Positions 1 through 12,410 of a stretch of 64,000 nucleotides of DNA are shown piece by piece. Both the position numbers and the translations under genes were made by a program. This DNA comes from Lama glama (lineage: Eukaryota), in contig CM052817.1 in assembly GCA_028534125.1 (NCBI GenBank), forward strand, positions 39,868,001-39,932,000. Direction: 5' to 3'. How positions within the stretch are numbered: the stretch's first letter is position 1; each line of letters opens with the position of its first letter. The notes beneath the pieces are model-generated. The model made no database searches. It saw only the letters and a program-made list of their open reading frames with translations, and was not told the origin of the DNA.

Positions 1-850
1 GGCCAATATCTCTTGGAAACATAAAAACCCTTATCAAAGTATTAGTAATCCAGCAATACATTATAAGAGCAATATATCATGGTCAATCAGAATTTATTCC
101 AGTAATGCAAAGTTGGTTTAATATTCAAAATTCAATCAATATAATTACCCATTTGACAGAACTCAACACTCATTCATGATAAAAACTCAGCAAACTAGGA
201 GTAAAAAAGGACTTCTTCAACCTGATAAAGGGTACTTACTTAAAAAAAAAATGCAGGTAACATCACACTTAATCTCATCTGATTCCCCTGAGATCAGAAA
301 AAGAAAAGATGTCTGCTCTCACCCTACTATTCAACATATATCAGAAGTTGTAGCCAACACAGTAAGACAGGACGAAAAATAAAAAACACGAATTGGAAAG
401 GAAGAAGTAAAACTATCTTATTTGCTGATGGTGTTGAGTTCAAGAAAAATCCAAAGAAATGTACAAAAAAACTAGGGTAGAATTAGTGATGTCATAGGAT
501 ACAGGATCAGTGTACAAAACTCAATTGTATTTCTACATACTCACTACAAATAATTGGAAAAACAATTCCATTTACAATAGCATCAAAAACCATGAAATAT
601 TTAGGGATAAATTTAACTAATATGTGTCAGACCTATACATTGAAAACTAAAATACTGCTGAGAGAAATTAAAGAAGACCAAAATAAATGGAGAGAGATAT
701 CATACTCATGAATTGGAACACTCAGTTTTGTTCAGATATTACTTCATCCCAAATTGATCTATAAATTCAGTTTAATCCCAATCAAAATCTCAACAGGTTG
801 TTTTGTGTAAGTTGTAAACTGATACTAGAATTTATTTAGAAATGCAAAGT
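1..850 (+). mobile_element. Old L1M ORF2 (RT region) relic
   Basis: Degenerate L1 ORF2-like motifs (ttcatgataaaaactc, ctattcaacata, ttatttgctgatg, cccaaattgatctataaattc); no intact frame. Confidence 0.8.
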
Positions 851-1088
851 AGGGGCAGTGCTCCCTAAGTCTGGGACTCGCCCATCTTACCTCCCCATCT
901 CCAGTTTCACTCTCACCCACTGCTTTGTCTGGTTAACTCCCACTCAACCCTGAAACTTTCACTTAGCCTCGCTTGCTTAGAAAAGCCTCCCTGTACTGCT
1001 GAGTCCAGTCAGTCTATTGTGTGCTTTAAAAACCACATTCCCTTCCTCTAATGACATCTATCAGTTTGTAATTGTATTTTGGTGGGCC

Positions 1089-1775
1089 TTTTTTTTTAAT
1101 TGAAATATAATTTATTTACAGTGTTGTGTTAGTTTCTGGTGTACCGCATAGTGATTCAGTTATACATATATATTTTTTTCATTATAGGTTTTTTAAGCTA
1201 TTGAATATAGTTCCCTGTGCTATACAGTAGGACCTTGTTACTTATCTCTTCTATATATAGTAGTTTATATCTGCCAATCCTGAACTCCTAGTTTATCCCT
1301 CCCTCCACCCTTTCCCCTTTGGTAATCATAGGTTTGTTTTCTAAGTCTGTGAGTTTCTTTCTGTTTTGTAAGTAAGTTCATTTGTATCATTTTTTTGATT
1401 CCACTAATAAGTGATATCATATGATATTTGTTTTCCTCTGTCTGACTTACTTCACTTAGTATGATGATCTCTAGGTCCATCCATGTTGCTGCAAATGGCA
1501 TTATTTTGTTCTTTTTTATGGCTGAGTGGTATTCCATTGTATTAATATACCACAAATTCTTTATCTAGTCATCTGTCAGTTGGACATTTAGGTTGTTTTC
1601 ATGTCTTAGCTGTTGTAAATAGTGCTGCTATGAACACTGCAGTGCATGTATCATTTCAAATTGGAATTTTCTTCAGATATATGTCCAGAAGCGGAATTAT
1701 TAGATCATATAGTAAGTCTATTTTTTTAGCTTTTTTTAGGAATCTCCATACTATTTTCCATAGTGGCTGCACCAA
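1089..1775 (-). mobile_element. 5'-truncated L1 (ORF2 end, 3' UTR, poly-A)
   Basis: Poly-T at the left end; minus ORF 1265-1555 MWYINTMEYHSAIKKNKIMPFAATWMDLE is the L1 ORF2 C-terminus. Confidence 0.92.
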
Positions 1776-1819
1776 ATGTAATTTTATTCTTAGTAGTGCA
1801 GTTATTTAGCTAATAACTT

Positions 1820-1955
1820 TACCCCACCAGAATGTAAGCTCTGTGGCAGCAGGGTCCACAGTTATTTTCATTTATCACTGAATCCCAGTGCCTAACACCG
1901 TGCCTGACATGTGGTTGCCACTCAGTAAATACCTGAATTAATGAATCGATTGATT
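1820..1955 (+). mobile_element. L2 3' end
   Basis: gaatgtaagctc...cccagtgcctaacaccgtgcctgacat...ctcagtaaata...aatgaat, typical L2 tail. Confidence 0.7.
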
Positions 1956-2763
1956 TTGCAGTTGGTCATGGCTGAACCTGCAGATTGGGGCAACAGTGGA
2001 GAATCCAGCTTTGAGAAGTTGTGGAGGTCAGAGGCAGAGGCAGGCCCAGTGAGTTTAAATCACTGTGTCTAAAAGCTTTTCACAGAGGGGTAGAAAGCTA
2101 ACATGATGGAAGCTGGAAGAATCAAGTAAAGGGTTTTTTGTTTGTTTGTTTACCCCTAGTGTTAACTATAATCAACAAGGTAGAAAACAATAAAGAAACT
2201 AAGTATGTTGATAATTTACAAACTGATTATCAGTTCTTGAATATCTCAAAAGTGCAGTTTTAGCCTAAGTAAATACTATATTAAAAATGATTTTTTTAAA
2301 GGAGGAGAAGCAATAAGAAATGTCTATGCTCCATAGTATTTTTTATCCCTTATATTGGCTTAATATGAAATTACTACTGAAGTTTTCCAGTTGAAATATC
2401 ATCAGAATTATAAGAGAGAGAAAATATGCTTATTGATTGACTATATTTTAATATAACATGCTGATTTCATTGAAATTGGCTAATATAAATTATTGTAATT
2501 CAGAGTCAGCTCTATGTCTGAATACCAAATGGTGGGTTAAGTATTATTTATGATCGCCATTATAAGTTTTAGATTAGTGATCAGGGGAGGAGGAAAAAAG
2601 GCAGCAAAAGAATAGAAAAAGGAGATGGGAATGAGAGCAACAAAAAGAGGTAGAAAACTGCTATTTATTTTTAGGTAATATGTCAGAATATTGCCTGGTC
2701 CTGTTTTAATGGACTTTCAGTTTTGTTTTCTTTCTGTGTGTGTGTGCTCATTTTTAACATAGG

Positions 2764-2926
2764 TGTTTTTTGTTTTTTGGGGTGTTTTTTTTTTGTCATA
2801 AAAAACATTTTATGTGAAATGTAGATTGGACTTTTTTTTAACATTTTTTTATTATGTTATAGTCACTTTACAATGTTGTGTCAAATTCCAGTGTAGAGCA
2901 CAATTTTTCAGTTATACATGAACATG
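2764..2926 (-). mobile_element. Short young L1 3' end with candidate 3' transduction
   Basis: L1 end 2832-2926, unique 37-mer, second T-rich tail, flanking ttaacaYagg repeats. Confidence 0.7.
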
Positions 2927-3026
2927 TTAACACAGGCTTTAAAGCCAAAGACTGCTTTCACAGGTGACTGGAAAGGGGTAGAAAGGAGGATTTCTGAAGG
3001 AGGCTGAGTGGGAATTGGTGATAATT

Positions 3027-3155
3027 TTGTGTGTGTGTGAGGGAGGTAATTAGGTATAGAGAGAGAGAGAGAGAGAGAGAAGGAACTGGGGGTTCAATCC
3101 AGGACCTTGTGCGTGCTAAACACTCACTCTACAACTGAACTGTATCCTCCCCCCA
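3027..3155 (-). mobile_element. tRNA-derived SINE (camelid Vic-type) with internal (GA)n
   Basis: Reverse-complement tRNA-like head; 15-bp TSD gaattRgtRataatt at 3012-3026 and 3156-3170 (2 mismatches). Confidence 0.85.
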
Positions 3156-3485
3156 GAATTAGTAATAATTGATCGGAGAGTAATCAGCACAGCTTTGGAG
3201 ATACTGTGAAAAATTATTCAAAAACCTAAGGAGTTTTTGAATGAGAAATGTGTAGATGTGTTCATTAAAAATATGCATGTGATAACTACCTTCTCCCTTA
3301 AATTTTTTCTTGTGATTTTAAAATGCCATTGTAAAATTACCTTTATGTAACCTTGTGGATTTATAACAATTTTTTATTTAAATAGCTTTGAGGTATTGAA
3401 ATGAGTCATCATCTTGATTAATTATTCATTCAAATGATACCTTGAATTAAGGAAGATGCTCCAATGATGTCCTGAATTGTTTCAG

Positions 3486-3741
3486 ATTACAACAAATCTT
3501 GGTGACATATACCACTTTATGAATGGTACATTTTTTGGTGTTCAGCAAAAGATTTTGTTGAAAGAAAAAAGTCTCTGGGAAATAACTGTCGAATCACTTA
3601 GATACCTGACAGAAAAAGGACTCCTACAAAAAGACACCACTTTGACAGAAAGAGGACTTCTACAAAAAGACACTATTTACGGGTCCGAAGAAGAGTTCCA
3701 TAGTTTTCATATTACAAAGTTGGGACGAGCTTCTTTTAAGG
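3486..3741 (+). CDS. HELQ: HELQ internal coding exon (7th from last): [22 protein letters not shown]...[10 protein letters not shown](G)
   Basis: ttcag acceptor ends 3485 and G|gtaag donor starts 3742; translation matches recalled HELQ; 256 nt, phase fits the next exon. Confidence 0.96.
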
Positions 3742-4094
3742 GTAAGAGTTCACTTAAATCTCACTACTAATCTGAGGAAATGCATTGGAAAACATAGAGA
3801 TTATTCTGTAACTTTAAATTGGATTTGTAATTTCATATTAATAATATTAATCTTACAAACTGTTAGACTACTTCAACTTTAAAAAGTTGAAAAATGTTTT
3901 GAATCACAAGTAATTTAGAATACTGCAAAAGTATGTGGAAAAAAAGATGTTCATCCCTCCTTCTTGCTCCCCTCCCCGGGCCATCACACAAATCATAATA
4001 TCCTACCAAGAATAATAATTTGGTGTAAATCCTTCCAGACGTTTTCTGTAAATTTCATAACAATTTGATATATATACACCTTTCCAGATATTTT

Positions 4095-4240
4095 TACATA
4101 TACATGTATATATGTATGTATGCAGACACATATGCACATACAATATATATGTACATGTATACACATATATATTGTGTGTGCATATGTGTCTGCATACATA
4201 CATATACATATATACATACACACATACATACATGTGTGCA
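4095..4240. repeat. Alternating purine/pyrimidine (TA/CA/TG) low-complexity tract containing a long inverted repeat
   Basis: Read directly; arms 4109-4152 and 4163-4206. Confidence 0.9.
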
Positions 4241-4720
4241 TAATGTAAGTATCTGGGGGCAGCTTGCTTTTCTCACTTCTAAAATACCACGAGCATCTTC
4301 ATATGTCAATCCCTTTAAATCTGCCTTATTTTTCTTTTAATACTTTAGTCATCCATAGTAGGGATACCATAATCTATATAACCATTCCTTTATTGATGGA
4401 CATTTACACTACTTCTGATTTCTCTCAGTTGTAGACAAGGCTGCATGGGCATCTCTGTTCATGTATTTTTGGATATGTGTGGAAATACTTCTCTAGCTTA
4501 GATTCCCAAAATAGGGTAGTTGGGTCAGAAGATACGTACTTATTAAATGTTGATGTATGCTATCAAAGTGACCTCCAAAATAGTTGTGCTAAATTACATA
4601 ATAAGAGATTTTAAATACTTTTTGCTATATTTAGGTAACTCCTAAACCAGACTTTCTTTAAAATCACCTCTTTCCCCATTGGTGATTATGAAAGATGAAC
4701 TATTTGTATCTTTCTTTTAG

Positions 4721-4878
4721 GGACTATAGATTTGGCTTATTGTGACATTCTCTACAGAGACTTGAAGAAAGGTCTTGAAGGACTTGTGCTTGAAAGCCTT
4801 CTTCATCTAATTTACCTAACAACTCCCTATGATATGGCTTCTCAGTGTAACCCTGATTGGATGATATACTTCAGGCAG
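4721..4878 (+). CDS. HELQ: HELQ coding exon: (G)[52 protein letters not shown]
   Basis: tttcttttag acceptor, CAG|gtgag donor, 158 nt, phases consistent. Confidence 0.96.
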
Positions 4879-5829
4879 GTGAGAAGATAAGATTCTGCAA
4901 TGTAGGCTACCTAGTTTATTAATCATGATATGATTTTTATCAAGTGATCATTCACTTTTTTCCTCTATTAATATATATTTGAAATTGGGCCTTTAATCTT
5001 TCAGTTTTTAAAGCAGCAATATGGCAATAGCATTTTTGTTTGTTTCACTTAAATATTACTTTTCTGTTAAATATAAACATGTTCATTATCAAAAAAAAAT
5101 AAAGAAAGGTGCAGAAAAGGAAAAAGGGTCATCTCTGGTCCCATTCCCCTAAAGATAGTTACTCTTGTGGTTTGGTGACCACTGTGTTTTACAATGTAAA
5201 GAAAGCCATGAAAGCCATCTCTAATGATTGAGAATTTCATTCCGTGAAAGCTTTATCTGGGCCGTGCATGATGAGACACCAAACCCAGTGATGTTGACAT
5301 CTGAGAAGGAATATCATTCTTATGGCCAGTAGCCAGGTAGAACTGGCCCTACATGCTACAAAACCAAGGGGTAGAGCACAGTCTATTATGGTTTTACTGT
5401 GAACAAGCTAGATTCATGAACACATAGGAGGTAGAAGCAGTATGTAGCTTTTAGTTGCAGGAAATTAACTTTCTTTTTAATGCCGTATTTTTAAATAGTT
5501 ACTCTAAGTTGTTGTAAGTGGTACTATACCTTTCCTTCTTCTCCCCACCCAGATATCTCCCATATTAAACATGAGTACGTTCATGGAAATCATAGTCCAT
5601 GCTCACAGTACTGTGCCCATGTCTTTAAGTCATTCTACTAAAATATGTTATATTTTAATAATACATCTTTTAAGCTATCAATATTTTTAAGTAAAATTTG
5701 TGTTATTTTTTCATATCTTTTATAATCATGAAAATGTGGTAGTGCAGTGAGTGCTGGATTTGGTTCAAGTGGCAGACTTTTTAAAGTTACAACTCAATTT
5801 TTGTATATATTTATTCTTTTTCTATGTAG

Positions 5830-5928
5830 TTTACCCAGCTCAGCCCAGCAGAACAAAATGTAGCTGCTCTGGTTGGCGTCTCTGAGAACTTTATTGGGAA
5901 GAAAGCATCAGGTCAAGCTATCAAGAAG
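5830..5928 (+). CDS. HELQ: HELQ coding exon: [33 protein letters not shown]
   Basis: tatgtag acceptor, AAG|gtacc donor, 99 nt, phase 0-0. Confidence 0.95.
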
Positions 5929-6187
5929 GTACCATAATCTTTTTTCTCCCTCCTACATAAGTTCATTTAACAAAATTAATGCTATTGTATTATCTCCTTT
6001 GTTGACTTGATCTTTTGGGTCCACATTTTTTCCTTTAAATTAATGTAATTCCTATTTTACTATTTAAAACATCTGAGGGCTAGAAATTTAGGTATTTTTT
6101 AAAAACAGTGTTTATTTCTAGATGGTGTGATGGCCCTTTTTTTGTACATTTGTATTTCTAAAATAGTTGTGCACATGTAAGGCTTTT

Positions 6188-6339
6188 TTTGTTTGGGTTT
6201 TTTGGGTGGTAGGAAGGGAATTACGTTTATCTATTTATTTAAAAAAAAATTTTTTTTAATGGAGGTACTGGGGATTGAACCCAGGACCTTGTGCATGCTA
6301 AGCATGCCCTCTACCACTGAGCTATACCCTTCCCGCCAG
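6188..6339 (-). mobile_element. tRNA-derived SINE (camelid Vic-type)
   Basis: ggaggtactggggattgaacccaggaccttgtgcatgctaagc...ctaccactgagctata; 11-bp TSD gtaaggctttt at 6177-6187 and 6340-6350. Confidence 0.92.
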
Positions 6340-8139
6340 GTAAGGCTTTTATCATAGGAAAAGGTAAACCTTATTCATCTATTTTTCTTAGGCTACTTAT
6401 AGCTTACATTATAAAAATTGTGAAATATTTGTACAATGTTTTCATGATATTGTAGAATCCTGAAATAAGTTCAATTCAAAGGAGAAAAAGTATTTTCTAG
6501 AAAAATTTTATTAAGCATGCTCAGGGATTCTAAGATACAACAAGTTTGGGATTCTTGTTTCTCTTGTTACTTTTTATTGTCCAAATACTTGAAGTACGTC
6601 AAGCATTTTGGAAGGTTGAAGTGGAGAATCCAGTACTCTTTTGTATGATATCTTATATTTTAGTGTTTTAAAGTTCAGTCACAAACATGAAGCAAGTGTT
6701 ACATGCATACACTAACTTAAGAGAAGTGGAAATAATTCTTTGGCAAACATGCATTCAAATTCCTTAAGTTAATATCATTTTTCTACCTCATAATTCCCTT
6801 TTTTTCATTTTTCGTTTTTCGTTTTCTTTGGTAATCTAATCTTCGTTGAAACCTAATTATCTTACCTACAATTTTCCTTTTTTTACATTTACATAGACAT
6901 TACTGATTTCATTTTGAAAAATGGAAGATGGTTGGTTACTTACATTTGAAATAAATGGCGCAACTGTCCCCTGTATTGATGTATCATAAAATTATAAATG
7001 TATAGCACTTCAGCATTCATTTTGTCAAATACTTAGTTTGGGTCTGTTACCTCAGAAATGACTATGTTGGTTAGCCTTTCAAAATGTTCAGTAAAACATT
7101 TCTTAAACCTTTTATATCAAACACTAAAATATAAAATAAAAATAAAATCATATTAATTTGCAACTCATTACCAAATAATAAACATTTATAAAATCTTATT
7201 AGAATAATGCATCTTTTTAAACTTGAATCAGAACTTATTTTTGTTACATTTTATGAAATACAGTCAATAAATGTTCAATTGAAATGAAGTATTTAAAATA
7301 TAAGCATGAATTTATCTTAATTACAAATGGATTAGTTACTAGTTTGGTGTTTTAGAATAGCTTTTTTTTTTTAATTCTACAGAACACTTAAAATCTAATT
7401 GATTTCTCCATGTTGGAAAAGACCTTTTCTTTACACATTTCTGATAAAATATCTTGCAACTGGCATAAAGCAGCTTTTCTTGCTATGAAATATACTTATA
7501 TCATTGTTTTTGGCTTAGAAAATACATTCTAAGCAAAATCTACATTGATTCAATTTGTAGTTAATGATGAAGTTGTACTAAAATTGGGAAATTAAAAAGT
7601 GATTGTTCCTATCTGTTATTCAACTATCATGCTTTTTCAGCTTAATGCTTTTAAAAGAGTGATCCAGTGTCAAGATACAGAATCTGTGGTCTTACATCTT
7701 TCAATATGCCACCCTCAGTTCTCATCTCACACACTCTTTTATTATAGTAGGAAATATGATTTTATACCTACTTTTTCTCTTTCATATTCGTCATTTTTTC
7801 CTCTGATTTTAAGCATGAATTAGTCAATTTCTAAGTTAACTTGATGTTAGCTATGAAATACTTTACACAAAAAATAATCACTAGACACTAAACACTATAG
7901 GCAAAAGCAGGTACACAGAATAGAAATTGTCAACTACAGGAAGCATTTTTCTTTTTGTGTTTTAACTTTGGAAACATTATTTATCATGACCATGTGGAAA
8001 TCATAGAATCTGATACAGACAAGCTTATTAACATATTTAGCTAAACGAGTACGTTTGTCTAATTTATAATCACAACCACACACATGTACAGCCTGTAACT
8101 ACTACAATAAATGTAAAGGTTTCCCCAACTCCTCCTCCT

Positions 8140-8606
8140 GTCTTCTTTTCCTAAGGCTGCCTTAACAAATCAGCACAAACTGGGTGTCCTAAAATAGCAG
8201 AAATTTATTCTGTCACAGTTTAGGAGGCCAGAAGTCTGAAATCAAGATGTTGGCAAGATTGGTTCCTTCCAGAGGCTCTGAGGAAGAAACCACCTTGCCT
8301 CTCTCTTAGCTTTTGGTGGTAGTCAGCAGTCTTTGGTGTTGCTTGGCTTGTAGGCACATCCCTTCAACATCTACCTGCATCGTCATACCACCTTCTCTGT
8401 CACTCCATGTCCTCTCCTTTTATAAATGTACCAGTCATTGAATGATGGGCCCTTAAGGGTCCCTTGTACATCCAGGATGACTTCATCTCAAGATCCTTAA
8501 CTAATTACATCTGCAGGGATCCTCTTTCCAAGTAAGGCCACGTTCTGAGATACCAGGGGTTAGGACTTGAACATATATTTTTTTAGGGGACAGTTGAACT
8601 CACTAC
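8140..8606 (-). mobile_element. MaLR LTR (MLT1C/D-like)
   Basis: aaatttattctgtcacagtttaggaggccagaagtctgaaatcaag...taattacatctgca...aaggccacgttctgag. Confidence 0.8.
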
Positions 8607-8847
8607 ACTTCTTATAGAAGGAAGTTTAATTTAAATTGGAAACAATTTGGCTTATCTCTCTTTTTATACTTGGAAAAATTATAATTTGAACTAATCTAAA
8701 GTACATACGTTAGAACTTAGTTTTTGTGTAACTGTTGTATCCTTCCTCTCCTGTAGTACAACTTCATTCACTTTGCCTTTTGTCCAATTTGAATGTAATG
8801 TACATTTTTGGCAGATCCAGTGTATAAATTTATTTGTGTCTTTCTAG

Positions 8848-9021
8848 AAGGTGGACAAGAACATTGTCAACAGACTATACCTGTCTTTTGTTCTTTATAC
8901 CTTGCTCAAAGAGACCAACATTTGGAGTGTATCTGAAAAATTTAATATGCCTCGAGGATATATACAAAATCTTCTCTCTGGAGCTGCTGCATTCTCCTCT
9001 TGTGTGTTGCATTTCTGTGAG
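8848..9021 (+). CDS. HELQ: HELQ coding exon: [58 protein letters not shown]
   Basis: tttctag acceptor (TAGAAG tandem acceptor), GAG|gtaat donor, 174 nt. Confidence 0.95.
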
Positions 9022-10326
9022 GTAATTCCATTAAACAGATGATATATCCTTTGTGCATCTTCTGTTTTAACTGTTACTAAACTCAAAAACTAGTTCATAT
9101 ATTCTCATTGTTGACTCATTCTATTATTAAAAAGCATTTAAAATTTATTTAAAACATGTTTGTTTTTATCCACTTATAAAAACATTGTATACATACAAAT
9201 AATAAAGATACAAAAATGACAGAACTAAAACATAGAATGAACAAGTAGGAAGTACCCAGTTATCCCTACTCTTAGAACTACTATTAATAGTTTCAAGTCT
9301 TTGGCATCAACTCCTAAAATAACATTTCTCCGTTGATGTATGTCTGCATTGATGGGGTATGAGATTCTGCGTGTCTTAATCCTGAATGATAACCATGTAA
9401 AGCGTTTGATTAATGTGTTACCATATCCAGCAGCTACCCAGTGACTACCTACTACTGTGTTCCCATTTTTGCTTCCAGTGTCAGGCAACTGCTTAAGTTT
9501 CTACATTACATGTGTATTTCATAAAATAAATCAAGAAGAAAACTTAATTTTGGCCATATGCATTTGGGGTGGATTTGTTTAAGACTTTACTAAAAGAAGC
9601 TTTCAGAATTTCCTTAAATAACATAACAAAGCTTACAAGACTTTTCTACCCAGACAATTTTTTGATGAGTTTATAATATAAGCCATTTTTGGTGCATTGA
9701 AACTTACTCTTTTTGGGTGGCACAGTAATATTTGTTTTTATACTCAAATTTTTAAAAACTTTTTTTCATTATAAATTCTAAAGTTAAAATCTACTTCATT
9801 TGCTCTATCTTAAACCTGCATATTCTGTGTATGTATTTAGCAGTTAATTCTATCACATGTGCTAATGAAGGGAGTAAATAATCCAAAACTGCTTGGCTTT
9901 GGATTGAATAATAATTATTTTAGCAAATTTATGTTTCTAAATACTTTTTACTTATGCTGATTTTTAAATTTTAGCTTATGTTCCCTAATTACATGCTAGA
10001 TAATCAGTAGACAAAAATTATGGATAATAAGGAGAAACTGGCCTTTAAAATGTATTTTCTTAAGTTTTCTGTGTTTGTTCTTCATATTTAAAGATGCGTT
10101 CCCTAACATGCAATCCCCTTGTTTTGCTTAGGACTGTGAGGACGTAAGCCTTACAGAATTGTTCAAGTGAAACAGCCTACGGGTTGAACTTGAAAAACAA
10201 CTAAAATTTGATGGTTGATTCTAGAGTCAATCTACCTGACAATTCTCATGAATTTATTTTCAATATTTTAAACTGTTTTGTTCTTTATAAAGTTATGAAA
10301 GTGGGATAAAATAGTACGCCAATCAT

Positions 10327-10590
10327 GTTAGTTAATATGCTTTTAACTACAAGTAACAGAAAAACCCCATAGAAATTTAAAGAGTAAGGAAAATGATCAT
10401 CTTATGTAGCAGAGAAACCAGAGCTAAGGCAGTTCGGAATTGATTGGTTCAGTAGTTCTATGCAAGGTTTTCTTTCCCTCTTTGTACGCTGCCATCCTTA
10501 GTGCATTGACTACTTTCCTAGTGGTCACAAAATGACTAGCTCATGCTATTCCATGCATCATGTACTCACAATGATACCCAGAGGTTAGAA
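10327..10590 (-). mobile_element. Old MaLR LTR fragment (MLT1J/K-like)
   Basis: actacaagtaacagaaaa...ctgccatccttag...ggtcacaaaatg resembles the recalled consensus. Confidence 0.5.
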
Positions 10591-11133
10591 AACGTAAAGA
10601 AAAGACAACCAAACTACTATTATAGAAAATTTCAACCATATATTAAAAAAGACAAGGTAATGTAATGAACACCCATTTATCCGCACCCTGGCTTGAAGAG
10701 TTATGGACTCACGGCTTCTGGTATTATTGTTTTGAATATTGCTGCACTGACAATCATCTTGCTTTTTGAATCCTTCCATATTTAATATTTTATCTTCAGG
10801 ATAAATTTTCAGAGGTAAGAATTGTTTTCAGTCATTTAGGAAAGAAAAACTATGCATTCATTTGCTGATGTTTTGATTAAAATGAATAGAAATCTTCTTA
10901 TTGACTTATTTTTCAATTTTCAATCTTTTTCCTCATCTTAAAACCATTTCATCAAATTCCTCAGTCTCTGCCATGTTTCTTTATAATAATTTTTCTTGGA
11001 GTTATTTTCACCTCTGGCTTAACCCAACTTCCAGAATTTACAGAAGGGAACATTCTTTCTGAGCCCCCTACCATGTAAACTAAATTTTGAAATAACCAGA
11101 TTTAAGTTCTGCGTATCTCTTTGTGTTCTGCAG

Positions 11134-11247
11134 GAACTTGAGGAGTTCTGGGTTTATAGAGCCCTTTTGGTGGAACTTACTAAGAAACTGACTTACTGTG
11201 TAAAGGCAGAGCTTATCCCTCTCATGGAAGTGACTGGAGTTTTAGAG
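11134..11247 (+). CDS. HELQ: HELQ coding exon: [38 protein letters not shown]
   Basis: ttctgcag acceptor, GAG|gttagt donor, 114 nt. Confidence 0.96.
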
Positions 11248-12143
11248 GTTAGTAGCTTCCCAGTTTTTTAACTGAGATAATTTCAACTAACTGAAAAATC
11301 AGGTTTTACTGTCATGTGAAGTCTTATCACAGGATAAGTGATGACAATAGCCTTATTGTTCATTTATCATGGGAATCTTTTTTTTTTTTGGTAATAAATT
11401 GCCGGCATGCCTTCCGAGAAATTCCTGTTAATCCAAAAGCAGTCCTGATGAAAAATCACATTGTGGGGGGAAAAAATAACAGTAGAGGTAGGGATCTCTC
11501 TCCCCAAGTATGTGTGCTACCACTCATTCTTAACATCCCTCCCTTTCTCCACTCCAGTGAAGAATTACCTTCTGTCACTGTAGACATGCTTGGTTAAGAT
11601 GGTGGTGATTAGGTGGCAATGAGGGTCATTTACATTTCCTGAAAGAGTGAGAAGAAAGTATCCTCAGCTGGTTTCTTAACTTTCTGTTTTTGACCAACCC
11701 TTGATTGCAGTTTTTTCTGTTATTCAATTCTTAAATTAGAGGAATTCTGCTTGGGAAAGCAGACACACACACACACAGTACCCCTAACCCTCAGAGGTCC
11801 CCTGAGTAGATGGTGAGAACATTTTAAGGATATTGGACTAAAGTATTTGCTTGGGGATCTGAAATAATGCCCCTAGCCTAAGTGCCCTAATGGGTTTCTC
11901 ATTTCTGATTGCAACACACCTCAGTTGACTTAAGCTGCACAGAAAGCTAGCTATCTTGCAGTCAAATTGAAACCACCCAAACGCATCTAAAATTCCTCAG
12001 GTTTCTGATGTGTTGCATTTTCATATTTATTATCTTCGTTTATTCCTAGCTCTTCCAAGTGAATTTTTCCCCTCAATAAGACACTTAATTATTTTTTCCT
12101 AATCCCAAATTCTGACCCTAATTATTTTTATAATACTTTTCAG

Positions 12144-12278
12144 AGTCGAGCAAAACAGTTATACAATGCAGGTTATAAAAGTCTAATGTACTTAGCTAAT
12201 GCAAATCCTGAAGTGCTGATAAGGACAATTGATCATTTGTCAAGACGCCAGGCCAAGCAGATTGTTTCATCAGCCAAG
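12144..12278 (+). CDS. HELQ: HELQ penultimate coding exon (helix-hairpin-helix region): [45 protein letters not shown]
   Basis: ttttcag acceptor, AAG|gtaagt donor, 135 nt. Confidence 0.96.
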
Positions 12279-12313
12279 GTAAGTGAACAAACCATTTTTT
12301 AACCTTTATGATA

Positions 12314-12410
12314 CTTTTTTTTCCCCTTAACAGAGGCACAGGGATTCGAACCAGGACTTGGTTCATGCCAAGCATGCACTCTACCACTGAGGTATACCCC
12401 TCACGCCCCT
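12314..12410 (-). mobile_element. tRNA-derived SINE
   Basis: Same family core; TSD ctttatgRta at 12304-12313 and 12411-12420. Confidence 0.85.

Noticed and set aside
3993..4340. Overlapping Y/I/C/M/H-rich ORFs
   Set aside because: Translation artefacts of the TA/CA/TG tract
6188..6339. tRNA genes at the SINE heads (also 3027, 12314, 25388, 31376, 38002, 60365)
   Set aside because: Dispersed, diverged copies with A-rich tails and usually TSDs; no intact cloverleaf
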